Assembly (NCBI GenBank): GCA_036785375.1
Contig: JAWMAR010000107.1
Location: forward strand, 2,728,001 to 2,792,000
Origin: Leucoraja ocellata
Lineage: Eukaryota
Direction of reading: 5' to 3'
DNA length: 64,000 nucleotides
Shown here: positions 13,246 through 26,932 of the stretch, one piece after another
How the letters are laid out: every line of letters starts with the position of its first letter
Numbering within the stretch: the first letter of the stretch is position 1
Translations under genes and position numbers: made by a program
The notes under the pieces: generated by a model
The model's database searches: none
What the model was told of the DNA's origin: nothing
The model's input: the letters and a program-made list of their open reading frames with translations, nothing else

Positions 13246-15767
13246 AGTCACTCATTTGCACAACATGGAAGGAGATTATTCGACCCCTCGAGTCCATGCT
13301 GGCTCTCAGAGTAATCTCATTCTCCCATTTATTTCCCTATAGGTCATGCTCCCATCAACTCCACCACTCACCTGGACACTGGGGGTCATTCATAGCAGCT
13401 AATTAACCCACCAACCCAGATGTCTTTGGGCCCTGGGAGCAAACCAGAACACATTTCTTAGTAGAAATGTTTTGTAAAGGGAAGATGGAATTAGATATGA
13501 TCACTATAGTTAGACAGACAAATACAAAGGTATACAGTCCTGGTGGAGGGATTTTACAGATGGGCAAAATAGGTCAGCATAGATGTGATGGGCCGAAGAC
13601 CCATTTCCGCTCTCTATGCCCCTATGAGGCATATACTTCACCCAGAGAAACCACATGGTTGCAAGAAGAAAGTGAAACTGTGCACAGATAGCACCAGAGG
13701 TCAGGATTGAACTTCCCACAGAGAGTACTGGAGGTCAGAATTGAACCACTGTTGCCGAATTTGCAAATGTGGCTTAACCAAAGCTTTATAAGACTGCAAC
13801 ATTATTTGCCAACTTTTATACTCCATGCCCGGCTGATGAGGTCAAGCATGCCAAACGCCTCCTTTATCATCCTATCCACTTATGTTGCCAATTACAGCAA
13901 ACTATGAACCAAGATCGTTTTATACATTTGATCTGAACATGAAAATAAAAACAACTTCTGATATAGGGTGCATTTTCTGTTTTTAGTTTTGATCTGAAAT
14001 TATTTAAATTCATCCAAATATGCCCAGCAGCAATAAAGTTCTATTAAAGTTCATTAACATGAGACTGACTAAAAAAACAATATAACTGATGCTAGCAACA
14101 CGGAAGTAAATAAAAGAGCATAAACAAGTAAGGGAGTGGCACTGATATGAAAGAGGGAATCGAGTGGTGGAATACTTTGATTCAGCATTTGGCTATCTCA
14201 GGGGGCACTAAAGGAGGATTGGGAAGAATGTCCCAGGCAGTCATCGAAGGGTTTGTAGAAGAGTTGCTAACAAAACAGCATAAGATTAACATTAGCGTTA
14301 GCTGTGATCTTCCAAAATTCCTCGGATTCTGGAAAAGTCACAGCCAAATAGAAAATCTCAAAACATAATGCCCTTATTCAGGAAAAGAGGGAGACTGAAA
14401 GCAAGAAACTGTGGGGCAATTAGTCTGCTGTGTTGCCACTACGTGGATGCTGGAATCCATTAGTAAGGGTGCAATAGCAGGGTGCTTGAACATTATGTAT
14501 GATTAAACAATATCAATATAGTTTTACGAAAGAGAAATCACGTTCATTGTGATATTCCTCGAATCTTTCTATTTTTATGATGCCCGGCCATTGCTGATCT
14601 CGTTACATTATCTTTTACCTCTTCAAAATTAACTTTACCCTTCCTTATTTATGCTCGCTTATTTTTTTCGGTGTCGCTCGCATTGGTTTAATTTTTAAAA
14701 ATCAACTTAATTTTAATATTTTCATGTCAATATGTGTGAAGATATAATCGGTTGGGTTTGGGAACACTGGTTTGGAGAGAGGTTGGGTGAGAGTGGGCTG
14801 GCAAGGGCCGGTGCTGAACCTGATGGACATTTTCTAGTGATCCAAGATAGGGTTTCATAGTGCAGATAAGAGGCAACGAGAGTTTTCCAACTGAGTGATC
14901 GGCAGAACCGAAGGAAAAATTAATACCCTAATACCACAGGTTTAGTCAAGCACAACGAACAGCTTCAAAATCACAAGTGCGATTGGAAAGCGTGGTCAAT
15001 GAAAATGCAGACCAAGCATTAGCGGAAATATGTCCAGCTGCTCGCTGAAAGATATGTGGGAGCCATGAAAATCAGTGGAGGCGACCTCTTCATGTGCAAG
15101 GCTTGGTCTTCCCAGTTTGTTTGAACAGGTCGACAGCTGCACTGCTTTTGACATCTTCACACAAGCCCAAATGTTTAAACTCCACACAGTATTTTGCAGA
15201 GCTAAGTTCTTTGGATCCGCACTGTACATGCCTGTTGGACACTTGGAAGAGATCCAGTTCGTGAGCAGTTCCAGGAAGCCTTTTGCTAGCAAACAGAGTC
15301 CTTCTATTTCCAAAACAGTGCCTGTGACCCTCATTTGCTGCATCAGCTACTTTAAAATGTAACATTTGCTTGTGTATAGGCAGCCTTGTTTGTGCACAGT
15401 AATCGGTTTCTTTGCACACTTGCGTGGAGGACTGTTTGGTAAATAGTATTCCAAGGATATGTGCAAAATATTCCTTGGCACAGGTTATACTTTGAAGGAA
15501 ATTCTTGTGCTATTTGCAGACTTGAACAGTTGCCTGACCTGTAATCATTCAAATTCTGATTCATGTACAGCTAAATTATTCCAATTCCACGTCAGTTTTC
15601 CCATTTCCTAATCCATTGGCGAATGCCAACTAAATATGCAACAACACATTATGTGACGCAGGCACATGTAACCTTAAAGGTCATCGCCCCCGCACCCACG
15701 ACCATCCACCCCCTGGCCCAGAAAGTGACACACTGCAATGGGACGACACGTGAAGGACCAAACAGAA

Positions 15768-16092
15768 GGGCGGCACGGTGGCGCAGCGGTAGAGTTGCTG
15801 CCTTACAGCGCTTTCAGCACCAGAAACCCAGGGTTAGATCCCGACTACAGGTGTTGTCTGAACGGAGTTTGTACATTCTCCCCATGACCGAGTTGGCTTT
15901 CTTTGAGATCTTTGGTTTCCTCCCACGCCCCAAATATGTACAGGTTTGTAGGTTAATTGGCTTGGTGAAATTGTAAATTGTCCTGTGTGTGTAGGATAGT
16001 TTAAGTGTGCGGGTGATCGCTGGTCGGCGCAGACTCAGTGGGACTGAGGGCCTGTTTCCATGCTGTATCTCTAAAACTAAAAACTAAAACTA
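15768..16092 (+). mobile_element. Full-length SINE (HE1-like)
   Basis: Head GGGCGGCACGGTGGCGCAGCGGTAG, (TAAAAC)n tail, possible TSD AAACAGAA (15760-15767, 16093-16100). Confidence 0.88.
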
Positions 16093-17218
16093 AAACAGAA
16101 AGAGTTAATGACCCTGGAACAGAGGCTGCCATGTTACCTCTGAATGCATTGCCTTTGTGCGGAACCACCGGTGGCAGGCTGATTAAGCAACCAGATTGCG
16201 ACTTCATGGTGATGTTGAAATGAGCTAGAAACTGGGAAAAGAGACGTTGAAAAATCCCAATTTGCTCACCAATTTGAATGAATGAATGAATTCATACTTT
16301 ATTGTCACATGTGAGAAGTCTCAATAAAATGCTTTGCTTGCTTACCCAGGGTATGCAAATAGTCACCACATAAAGAGCACCGACAAAGTTACAAAGTATC
16401 CCGCACCAGGTCTACCTTTGTTCTTCCCCCGTTCCCCTCCCTCATGGTGGACTCACCACGCCGGGTCCTCCATTGTCCATTGTTCTTCCCCCTCCCATGC
16501 CTGGACCCAACCTGACCCACAGAACTTTGGACCCAAAGTAACTGGCTAACTCCCTCTTGTCCACAGAACTGGTAAAATCACCCAAACCTTGGATGGCAAT
16601 CTGTGCTGGAGTCCTCAGGGAATTCTGGCCACAACAGTATTCTTGGGCGGTAGGGAAGACATTTCCAGCAACTGGGCAGCTGGCGACACCACTTCAGATG
16701 GGAGTCTGGTACCTGGCGTGCACATCACACAGAGACCAGACATGGTAATGATGGAAGGTTTCCTTCCTTAAACACTAGACCTTTGTAAGCTTTCACTGTT
16801 GGCTTAACAGTTCAATGCATGCAAAGTCTAGTTTACAGCTCTCCCTCAACCTGTGCAGACCTGAATATCTGCCATATTTGGTAGATTTCTGTGTGAAGGA
16901 TTTATAATTCCACGCACACACTGATAAATTGTTTTATTTTGGAAGCATGACCGGTTTAAAACTCATTGTAAATGATGGATCAAAGATGTGATGAGATCAA
17001 AGCCACCGCCTCACTGCCAAAGTGTGCCCGTACTGATCAGTGACCCATAGTTGAAGGGAAATATTTCTATTAGCCTGAACCTTGGACTTCCTTTGACCCG
17101 AGTTGCTCTGCCATTTGTACAAAGGAAAGACATCATTGCAGAGCTAGTTCCCAATCTTGGCTGAGAAAGTCCTTCAGAAATCATTCACCAGGTAAAGTCA
17201 GGGGACATCGGGAAAGAA

Positions 17219-17533
17219 AGTTTAGTTTAGTTTAGATTAGAAATACAGGTGGAAACAGGCCTTTCGGCCCACCAAGTCAGTGCCGACCAGCGACCCCCAC
17301 ACACTAACACTACCCTACACACACTGGGACAATTTTACAATTTGACCAAGCCAATTAACCTATAAACCTGTAGATCTTTGAAGCATGGGAAGAAACCAGA
17401 GCTCCCAGAGAAAACCTACACTGGTCATGGGGAGAATATACCAACTCCATACAGACAGCACCTGTAGTCATGATTGAACCCGCTCTCTGGCGCTGTAAGG
17501 CAGCAACTCTACCGCTGCGCTACTGCGATGCCC
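17219..17533 (-). mobile_element. SINE (HE1-like)
   Basis: Reverse-complement consensus with (GTTTA)n tail. Confidence 0.85.
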
Positions 17534-17569
17534 GAAAGATGGTAGAAAAATCAGAACACGTGTCTACCA

Positions 17570-17820
17570 CAGACACAAAATGCTGGAGCAACCCGGCGGG
17601 TCAGGCAGCATCTCTGGAGAAAGGGAATAGGTGGCGTTTCAGGCCGAGACCCTTCATCAGTATCGGATGAAGTAAAAGGACTGAAGCCTGAAGTCATGAG
17701 TCTGATGAGGGGGCTCAACCCAAAACCTTTTCTCCTGAGATGCTGCCTGACCTGCTGAGTTACTCTAACATTTTGTGTCTATCTTCGGTGTTAACCAGTA
17801 TCAGCTGTTCCTTCCTACAT
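17570..17820. mobile_element. Inverted pair of Penelope terminal modules
   Basis: Minus copy with CTGATGAAGGGTCTCGGCCTGAAACG and plus copy with CTGATGAGGGGGCTCAACCC, separated by ~40 bp. Confidence 0.75.
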
Positions 17821-18838
17821 ATTTTGTCTACTACATGCCAGTCTTGAATATCCCCTAGCAACTCATGGCAGAGTGACATTGACATAGAATGGGCTACACA
17901 TCAGAGACATGAGCACAACTGTGTAATATCAAGTAAATGCTGTTGTTCATGTGAAATGTTACTTATAATCCCTCGTCTGTCCTCTCATGTGCCAACTAAG
18001 GATTCTATGGTAGCATGCCATAGAATGGAGCAGCTTTCCTAATATTTATCACTACACCAACTGCACTAAAATGATTATCTGGCCAATTACATGTTGCTAA
18101 TCTGTGTGCTCTATGCAGACAGATTGGCTTCATATTTCACCATATAATGGTATCTATACTTCAGGATGTTCAAGGCTGCAGCATCTTTCTGGATGTCTGG
18201 ATGTTCAGGATGTTGGGTCATATGTGGTATGAAAACAAGTCCAATTTTTTGTCTAACACTGAGAACCATGCATCGACTTAATTCAAGTAGCCTCGGGAGA
18301 ACGGTTGCAACTATAATCCCAGGATCAAGGAATCATAAAATGCTTCTAGCGCAGAAGGTGTCTATTCGGCCTGTACTTGAGCAGCTCACTAATTTCAAAC
18401 CCAGCCCTCTTTCTGTGGCCTTGCAATTTTGTGGATTTATCCAAGTCCCTCTGGAAAGCCACAATGCAACCTGGCCCCATCACTTCATGCACTATTCATG
18501 TGCTTGTTACTTCCTTTCCCCTCAACCTTATACCCATGCCCCCAGTGCTCACACATACACTATTGCGAGCTGTCTTCCTTCATCCACTCTGTGCACGCCC
18601 TTCATCATGTTATATCCTGCCGTCAGACCTCTGCTCGGTGTTCTCTTCTCTGAGGAACCCAGTCTAGCCTCCCAAATAATCCATCCCACTGTAGTCCCTT
18701 TGCCCAGGATTCTTTACTGGACCTTCTCTAATGCCTTTATATCCCTTCCATAATGGGGAGATCAGAACGGAACTCAATGCTCATGTTAAACTCAGACCAG
18801 AGTTTCATGAGGGTTCGACCTAACTTCCCTGCTTTTAT

Positions 18839-18967
18839 GTGTAGGAAGGGACTTCAGATGCTGGTTTAAACCGGGCGGACACAAAAAGCTGGAGTAACTC
18901 AGCGGGTCAGACAGGATCTCTGGAGAAAATGAATAGGTGACGTTTCGGGTCAAGACCATTCTTCAGA
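18839..18967 (-). mobile_element. Penelope-terminus mini-insertion with hammerhead-like motif (GUC subfamily)
   Basis: CTGCTTTTAT repeated at 18829-18838 and 18968-18977. Minus strand reads AGTCTGAAGAATGGTCTTGACCCGAAACGTCACC. Confidence 0.8.
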
Positions 18968-20639
18968 CTGCTTTTATACTGTATGCCACTAGTGATAAAT
19001 CTCAGTATTAACCACTGTCCAAACCTCCCCTGCCACATGCGCTGGGGTGCAGTCCCAATTCTCCAACCTACCTCAACGCAGACATTGGATTGTTCTCTGG
19101 TAGTGTTACGCTACAATTCTGAGAATTATTCTGCACTTTGCTATGTTTCTCTCTGTTCTCTCTATTGTGCGTGTTTAGATTAATTGTGCTCATATATAGT
19201 GTTATCTGGTGTGATTATACAGTACGTAAACAAAAGCTTTTCACTGGAGCTCGGTACACAATGATAAACCTGGACCTAAACTTAAACCCACCCATCAGCC
19301 CACAGAAATGTTCAGTCTTGGCAGGCGGCTTCAACACAGGGATAAAAGCCAAAACTATTTTATCTTCATTAATATTCCTGACGTCAAATTGGTCTAGTGT
19401 GCATCAGAGGAAATCCTGCACATTCACCTGCTAGTTAAAACAGCATTCAAAAACAACAACTCTAGCCATTTTGGAGGCAAATCCTCCAACGCTTACAATT
19501 CACTGGTTCAATGTCCTGGGATCTATTGTAAAATCCATGGCTACAAGGGCAGCTCAGGGGCTGGGGAATGTGCGGTGAGTGCCTCATGTTCTGACATCCC
19601 CGGATATTTCCACCCTCCACCAGGCACAAGTCCGGAGTGTAATGGAATACTGTTTGGAGTTTGTTTGTTTTTTGCACAAAGTCCGCGAGCATTGCCACTT
19701 TTCATTTCATTGCACATCTCGTATGTGCATGTGACGAATAAACTTGACTTGACTACTCTCCGCTTGCCTGGGTGTGTGCCGCAACACCAGCTCACAACAA
19801 GCTTGACACCATTCAAACCAAAGCTCATTCGGCACCCCACCAACCACCCTAAACATTCATTTCCTCCACTGCCAGTGCACGGTGGTGCAGTCTGCCCCGA
19901 CTACAAAACACATTGCACCCTCACTGCATTCACATTGCAAACCCATCCACGCTGCTCCAACAGCAACTCCCAAACCTCACCCCTTTACCACCAAGAAGCA
20001 CAGGGGCAGCAAGTGCAGGGAACTCCGCCACAGGTATGTTCACCTCCAAGGCACACTCTGACTTGGAAATTCCCAGCCCCTGAGCTGCCCTGTAGCCATG
20101 GAGGCCAGTCCTTCATTGCCACTGGGTCTGAATCTAGGATGTCCCTCCCCTACATCTCTGGGGAAGCACCTCCACCAGAAGGACTTTTCAGTTCAGTTTC
20201 AGTTTAGTTTATTGTCACGTGTACCAAGGTACAGTGAAAAGCTTTTGTTGCTTGCTAACCAGTCAGCAGAAAGACAATACATGATTACATTCGAGCCATT
20301 TACAGTGTATAGAGGGAATAACGTTTAGTGCAGGGTAAAGCCAGGAAGGTCCAATCAAGGATAGTCCGAAGGTCACCAAAGAGGTAGATAGCAGTTCAGG
20401 ACTGCTCTCTGGTTGTGGTGGGATGATTCAGTTGCCTGATAACAGCTACAGTTCCAGAAGGTGCTTCACAAGGGTCTCGACCCAAAATGTCACCCATTCC
20501 TTCTCTCCAGAGATGTTGTCTGTCTCGCCGAATTAATCCAGCATTTTGTGTCTTCACCCCTACTTTCTCCGAGGCAGTTGGGGATGGATAATAAATGCTT
20601 GCCTTGGCACATCCTGAAAAACATAAATAAATGGAAAAT

Positions 20640-20815
20640 ATTCCAAAGAAGTACAGGTTTGTAGGTTAATTGGCTTGGTATAAGTGTAAAATTGTCCCTA
20701 GTGTGTGTAGGGTAGTGTTAGTGTGTGGGGGTCGCTGGTCGGTGTGGACTCGGTGGGTCGAAGGGCCTGTTTCCGCATTGTATCTCTAAACTAAACTAAA
20801 CTAAACTGAACTGAA
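20640..20815 (+). mobile_element. SINE (HE1-like) 3' half
   Basis: GTACAGGTTTGTAGGTTAATTGGC ... TATCTC(TAAAC)n. Confidence 0.8.
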
Positions 20816-21759
20816 CAAAGCAGTCTGTATCGTTCTGGCTGGCAAATCGCTCCGTGAGTTCCAGGCTTAAGCATGTGGGCACGCCCTTCTTCAGCAAAAA
20901 CAAGTCAACAAAGAGAAGTGATGTAATCTAATGCCATAATCTCCGGGTGGGGCACTACCAGTCTCCGAGAACAGTCTAAACAAGTTCTTCACACACAATC
21001 AAACGGTGGAGGTCCACCTGCCAAATTCAGCCCCGGATTGGAGTGAAAGAACCCACACTCATGAAAAAGCCACCAGATTCACCCCAGTAAGGCAGGCTGC
21101 AGCAAACTGCTGTGTAAACGTACGGCCGGCCCACAAGCCAGGCTGCATCGCTCAGCTGTAAATACCAGACAAGTCCTACACTGATAGACTCAGCTGCAAC
21201 TTCAGGCATTGGCAATATATCCCTCATCTCACAGAACGCCTCAATACTGGTGGGTGCCTTTTACATGGGAGAAACTAATCAGGAATATTTTAGCTTTATT
21301 AATGTTCTGTAATATTTTCTTCTGACATCAAATTAGGTCAGCGTGTGTGAGTGGAAATCCTGCATATCCACTGACACTTGCTATTTACTGGCTCTACTCA
21401 CGTGGTGTCGAACGTGTTCAACTTGTAAGGGGAAACAACGTAAGGAGAAGAAATGGCAAATAAGTTGTAAGTCATTGCCCGTGATAATGCCAGCAAAAAT
21501 AAACCCCGCCATCTTTCTAGAATGGGACCTTATTATCTGCTCTGCATTAATCCATTAATGCTTCAATGTTTTTCTTTCACTGGTTGAGAAAGTTCTAGAA
21601 ACAATGCCCAATGGTAATTTATGAACTAATATCTGTATTCAAAGTCTGCAAATTTAAATCTTGCATTGGAATGAAAATAAAGTGAGTACAAACATTTAGG
21701 AAGGTAAGCCTTCATTACAAGAGGGTTTGAGTATAATAGCAGAGATGTCTTGTTCCATT

Positions 21760-22765
21760 GAGCAGCAGAGTGGTGCAGCAGTAGAGTTTCTGCCTTACAG
21801 CGCCAGGGACCTAGATTCGATCCAGATTACGGGTGCTGTCCATGACGAGCGAGCCTCTACTGTCTCCCTGTGACCACGTGAGTTTTCTTTTTTTTTTAAA
21901 TATTTTTATTAGAAGCAAACACATATTATAAACATTTCATGTATATCAGTCGTACATTATTAATATTATCAATTGTGGATTGATTCTGCTTCTAGTTTAT
22001 TTTTTTAAAGATAGGAAGTAAGAGAGAAAGAGGAAAAAACCCCACAAATGTCAAAATAAAAAAAAGAATGGAATGATTTACTAATAATACGTCATTGGAG
22101 ATAGTTTTGTGGATTATAAAGTATAACTTTTCATCTAATCCTGAGTTCAAGCTTCAGGTTCCCGTGCTGAACCGATCTACCCCTTTAAATAGTCAATGAA
22201 TGGAGACCATATTCTAACAAAATGTTCTCGTTTGTCCATTAACACAAGTCTGATTCTTTCCAGGTGTAGGGTCTCTGACATTTCCATAATCCACATTTTG
22301 ATTGTGGGGGTTATAGGGCCTTTCCAAAATTTTAGTATTAATATTTTCCCAGTTATTATACTGTAGTCAAGAAAGTTTCTTTGGCTTGTTGTGAGTGTTA
22401 GACCTTGTTCTGATATGCCAAGTATTATTAGTTTTGAATTGGGATCCAATTTAATATTGATAATTTCAGAAATTATTCTAAAGATATAAATCCAGACATT
22501 TTTGATTTTTATACAGTTTACAAAAGTATGTGTTAGGTTAGCCTCTAGATGCTGACATTTATCACATTTATGACTGGGTGAGTTTTCTCCGGTTGCTCCA
22601 GCTTCCCCCCACACTACAAAGATGTGCAGGTTTGTAGGTTAATTGGCTTCTGTAAATTGTCCCTCATGTGTGGTATAGAACTAGTATATGGATGATCATT
22701 GGTCTGCGTGGACTCGGTGGGCTGAAGTCTCTGTCTCCACACCGTATCTCTATCTCGCTCTAAAT
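21760..22765 (+). mobile_element. SINE (HE1-like) split by the L1 insertion
   Basis: Head 21760-21888 and remainder 22578-22765 join at the L1 TSD. Confidence 0.82.
21889..22577 (-). mobile_element. 5'-truncated L1-clade LINE (ORF2 C-terminus, 3' UTR, polyA)
   Basis: CDKC..H..C zinc knuckle and ILKFWK..W..LHLERIR..F..IWSPF (22177-22570). AATAAA and polyA on the minus strand. 11-bp TSD GTGAGTTTTCT at 21878-21888 and 22578-22588. Inserted in a SINE. Confidence 0.88.
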
Positions 22766-24254
22766 TTATACAGGACCCTGGTGGGACCTCATTTGAAATG
22801 TTTGGGGCTGGTCTGTTTCACTTAGATGATTCAAGATGAAAGGAGTGCAGCAAGGATTTAGCAGGTCGGTGGGTGAGATTGTCAGCTGTGTCTAGCTCTG
22901 TAGAGTTTAGAAGATTGAAAGGTGATCTTGTTGTAATGTACAGAATTTGTTTTGGGCTGAAAAGGATGGAAATGGGATTGATGTTTCCCTCAGGTAGGTT
23001 GTCTAGAATTAGGGATCATGGTCACAAAATCAGTGGTTGACCATTCGGAGCAGAGATGACAAGATAATGCCTCATCTCAAAGAATCCTTTTGAGTTCTCT
23101 ACTCATGTGAGCCGTGAGATTGATAGATTATTGTTAAAGTTTAGTTTATTGTCATGTATATTGAGGTACAGTGAAAACCTTTTGTTGCATGCTAACCAGT
23201 CAATGGAAAGACAATACATGATCACCATCGAGCCATCCACAGTGTATATATACACATGGGAATGGGAATAACATGAAGGACGTTTCGTGCAAGATAAAGT
23301 TCAGTAAAAAGTCCAATCAAAGATAATCCGAGGTTCTCCAATGAATATTTGATATTAAGGGAATCAAGAAATAATGCAGGGAGGTGAGGCAGAGACAAAA
23401 GATAAGTCATTACCTTAAGGTCATAAGGTCATTAGGAATAGGAGTAGAATTAGGTCATTCGGCACTTCAAGTCTACTCCGCTGATCTATTTTTCCTAACC
23501 CCATTCTCCTGCCTTCTCTCCATAACCTCTGACACCTGTACTAATCAAGAACCTAGTGAATGCTAGCACTGGAATGAGGGGCTGAACGGCCCACTCTGCT
23601 TGTTATGAACAGAGTGATATTGGCCAGCACTGGGTGAATGGAGTGTGAATGAATCCACTGTTATTTTCTAGCCCAATGCCTTAGTGTGAAGGATTGTGAA
23701 AGTGACTTTGATATTGATTGGATTAGTTGATACTCCCAGTAAAAAACTTTAATGAATGAAAATGGCAAAGAATAGCTGGTGGGTAGCACTGATGTCTGGC
23801 CATCCCTGAGAGCCCCGTCTCTCCTGGCTTGAGAGGTCCTGGTAGATTCCCACACACCTGTCTGTGACCGGGATTAGCCAGCGCCACTTCCCCTCACACT
23901 GCGGCCCAGCCTCACGCCCCTCCTCTACTTGGCTGAACTCATTCTCACCCTCAGCAATTTCTCTTTTAACTTCACTCGTTTCCTCTAGATAAAGCACGTT
24001 GCCACGGGAACAGAGCGGGTTCCAACTGCGCCTGCACTTTTATGCAATTTTTGTTATTTTTGTAAACGTCCTCAGGTTTTCACAATGCTGCCATTTCGCC
24101 TGTAATCTGGGCCTGAAGAATGTCGTGTGAAAATGGCAGCCTGCCACTGCCTTCACCCGATGTTGAAAGGAACGATGTGGATTAGGTCCTTCCTAGTAAT
24201 TTATTTTTTATCTGACTTCACCCACTGTCCAAGAGCAAAACATAATGTCACATT

Positions 24255-24560
24255 AACAAAGGGGACATGACTTGAGAATTAAGGGACTGAAGTTTAGGGG
24301 TAACATGAGGGGGAACTTCTTTACTCAGAGAGTGGTAGCTGTGTGGAATGAGCTTCCAGTGAAGGTGGTGGAGGCAGGTTCGTTTTTATCATTTAAAAAT
24401 AAATTGGATAGTTATATGGACTGGAAGGGAATGGAGGGTTATGGTCTGAGCGCAGGTATATGGGACTAGGGGAGATTATGTGTTCAGCACGGACTAGAAG
24501 GGTCGAGATGGCCTGTTTCCGTGCTGTAATTGTTATATGGTTATATGTTATATGGTTATA
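24255..24560 (+). mobile_element. CR1-type LINE 3' end
   Basis: RGNFFTQRVVAVWNELP..VVEAG..FKNKLD and a (TTATATGG)n tail. Confidence 0.85.
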
Positions 24561-24722
24561 AGGAATAGCTGCTGGAGCTTTTGGGCAGCACAGTGGCACG
24601 GTTAATAGAGCGTTTGCCTCATGGAGCCAGAGTCCCAGGTTTGATTCTAACTTCAGGTGGTGTCTGTGTGGAGTCTGCACGTTCTCCATGTAACTGCTTG
24701 GACTTTCTCCGGGAGCACCAGG

Positions 24723-25005
24723 CAGTGGCGGAAATCCCAGGGGGAGCCAGTGGGGACATGTCCCCCCTCTGTTTTCAGAGGTGGGGACGATCCCCCCCCC
24801 CCCATTTTTTGTAATCCGGATTTTAAAACCCGGTGAAATCTCTGCTTTCTGCGAGACAGTGAGGGTGGGACTGCTGATGATTCAGCGCGATGATTGGACG
24901 AGAGAGACGTTGGTCAGAGGCGGAAGTAGGGGGGTGGGACTGAGGATAGAGTGCAGTGAGTGGAGGAAGGAGACGTGCCCAGGTGATAGGGTCACAACGA
25001 CAGTC
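24723..25005. mobile_element. Possible hAT-type DNA transposon end fragment
   Basis: Begins CAGTGGCGGAAATCCC, truncating an old SINE. GGGGAC/GTCCCC subterminal motifs. No partner TIR found. Confidence 0.4.
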
Positions 25006-25009
25006 CTGG

Positions 25010-25137
25010 GTACAGTGAAGATTTACGAGGATGTTGCCAGGACTAGAGGGCCAGAGCTATAGGGAGAGGTTGAGTAGGCTGGGACTCTATTTCATGGAGC
25101 ACAGGAGGATGAGGGATGATCTAATAGAGGTGTATAA
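25010..25137 (+). mobile_element. CR1 fragment split by the decayed DIRS (resumes ~28353-28655)
   Basis: FTRMLPGL..SYRERL..LGL..RRMRDDLIEVYK ends at the DIRS AAT. Confidence 0.8.
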
Positions 25138-25625
25138 AATAGTAAGATTAAACGAGAACTTACCAGTTTGAAGTTTGATCGTTATTTTATGAGGAGTAAC
25201 GTTGAGGGAATACGTGAAGAACCCCGCCAGGACGCATGCGTGTCATTCTTCAAAGCAGCGGTGTGAAATCACAGATAACTGTAATGACTAAACATAATAA
25301 GATTAGAGAAGAGATACCAGTTGAGTATATGATCAAGGGTGGGAGCGGAGGGCACATATTCCCTCAACGTTACTCCTCATAAAATAACGATCAAACTTCA
25401 AACTGGTAAGTTCTCGTTTAATCTTATTATTTTACTTCGGAGTCACGTGAGTGACTACGTGAAGATTTTAAAGCTCTGTGATTTCATGCCATGGAAACGA
25501 GTCCATGCATCACATCTGCCTTCATTATTGGGAGAATAGAGTTAACATCATTAGACATCAATACGATATTGAAACCCAACGATAAAAATATTAACACCAA
25601 TTATTGCCCCTATTTATGGGGTAAA

Positions 25626-26590
25626 TTATATTACAGAACTTAAATTTGTTTCTGCAAATATTCCAGGTTCAATGACTGGATTGTTATAAAGTCGTTGGAA
25701 AGTTTCCTCCGTTGACCATCCTGCTGTCTTGAGGATTTGGTCCATAGGAACGTCCAACTTCATAGCTGCCGATGTAGATGCAGCCCTGGTGGAGTGAGAT
25801 TTTAAAATGCTAGTGTCTACTCCAGCCTTTATTAGGACCTGTTTTAGCCATCTAGAGATGGTCTGGACTGTCACTGTTTTGAGTGACTGTTTGTAGCTGA
25901 TTAAAGTGACATTTCTTCCCTCTGATGATCTTAGTATACTCCATATATTCAGAGTGTGTTACAATACAGAGACGGCCATCTGTCGGGTAGGCCCTGAATA
26001 CTGTTTTTAGGCCTGCTGACCCCTGTCTGTTCTGTTTGACTATTTCATTGATGTGAAAAGTTAAATTTCCAGATGAAATAATCATGTTGTCCAACCTTTG
26101 TTTCTGTAGTGACTGGACCCTTTGTGCCGTGACCAAGGCCATCAGCATGACTGTTTTCTGTCAGTTTCTGTAGGGACAGAGCTGTAGCTGGAGACCAGTT
26201 TCTTAACATGGTCAGTACAATGCTCACATCCCATATTTGGGAGTACCTGGTTCTTGGGGGATTAATATTAAAATGCCCCTCATGAGTTTGGTTACCAGGG
26301 TGTGTCCCAACAGAATGCTGCTCTGTTCCTTGCCACAGGTATGTTGACAGAGCACTTCTGGCACAGTTGATGGCACTATGACTGAGCCTCTCATCGTAAT
26401 GGAGGCTTGCCAGGAATTCCAGAACAGACGGGATGTTCATAGATCTGTGGGTGATGTTTATTGTTGTGACAGTACTTCCCATTTCTTGATGACACCAAGT
26501 ACTGATTTTTTGGTGGACTGTCTGTGACCCGCTGAAATAATTTCACTGTTCGGTCCGTCAGTCCCAGGTGTAGTAGAGGTGCTTTCAACT
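25626..26590 (-). pseudogene. Frameshifted tyrosine recombinase of the decayed DIRS
   Basis: ORF pieces 26045-26482, 25852-26148 and 25626-25874 align consecutively to the intact YR (43/63 aa identical over the HSTR..Y block, counted by eye). Confidence 0.9.
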
Positions 26591-26932
26591 CTATAAATTA
26601 ATAGGTTTATATAATTATGACATGGGTAACTCCCCTTGTTGCGGGAAGAACCAGTAAATTAGGTCTATGATGGATGGTGATGCATGGTTCTAAAACCATG
26701 TCGATATCACCGGGTCCCATGGTTGAGTAGGCCAATCGGGTACTATCAAAATACCAGACGTGGAGTCTACTGTTTATTCCTAAATACCCGACTGATGAGG
26801 CAGAAGGAGGGAATGCATAAATAATCCCCCAATGCAGCGAAAATGCATCTGTAGCCACTGCCCCAGGTTCTGGTTTCCAAGAACCTAATTCGATAACTGG
26901 TGAGAGCATGGATGTGAATAGGTCGTGATCTG

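Noticed and set aside
15768-15850. tRNA gene-like A/B boxes (also at other SINE heads)
   Set aside because: These are tRNA-derived SINE heads continuing into SINE core and tail, not complete tRNA genes.
19575-20207. 210-aa ORF
   Set aside because: Spans a Rex-like tail and an old CR1/L2-type fragment; non-ATG start and no coherent protein.
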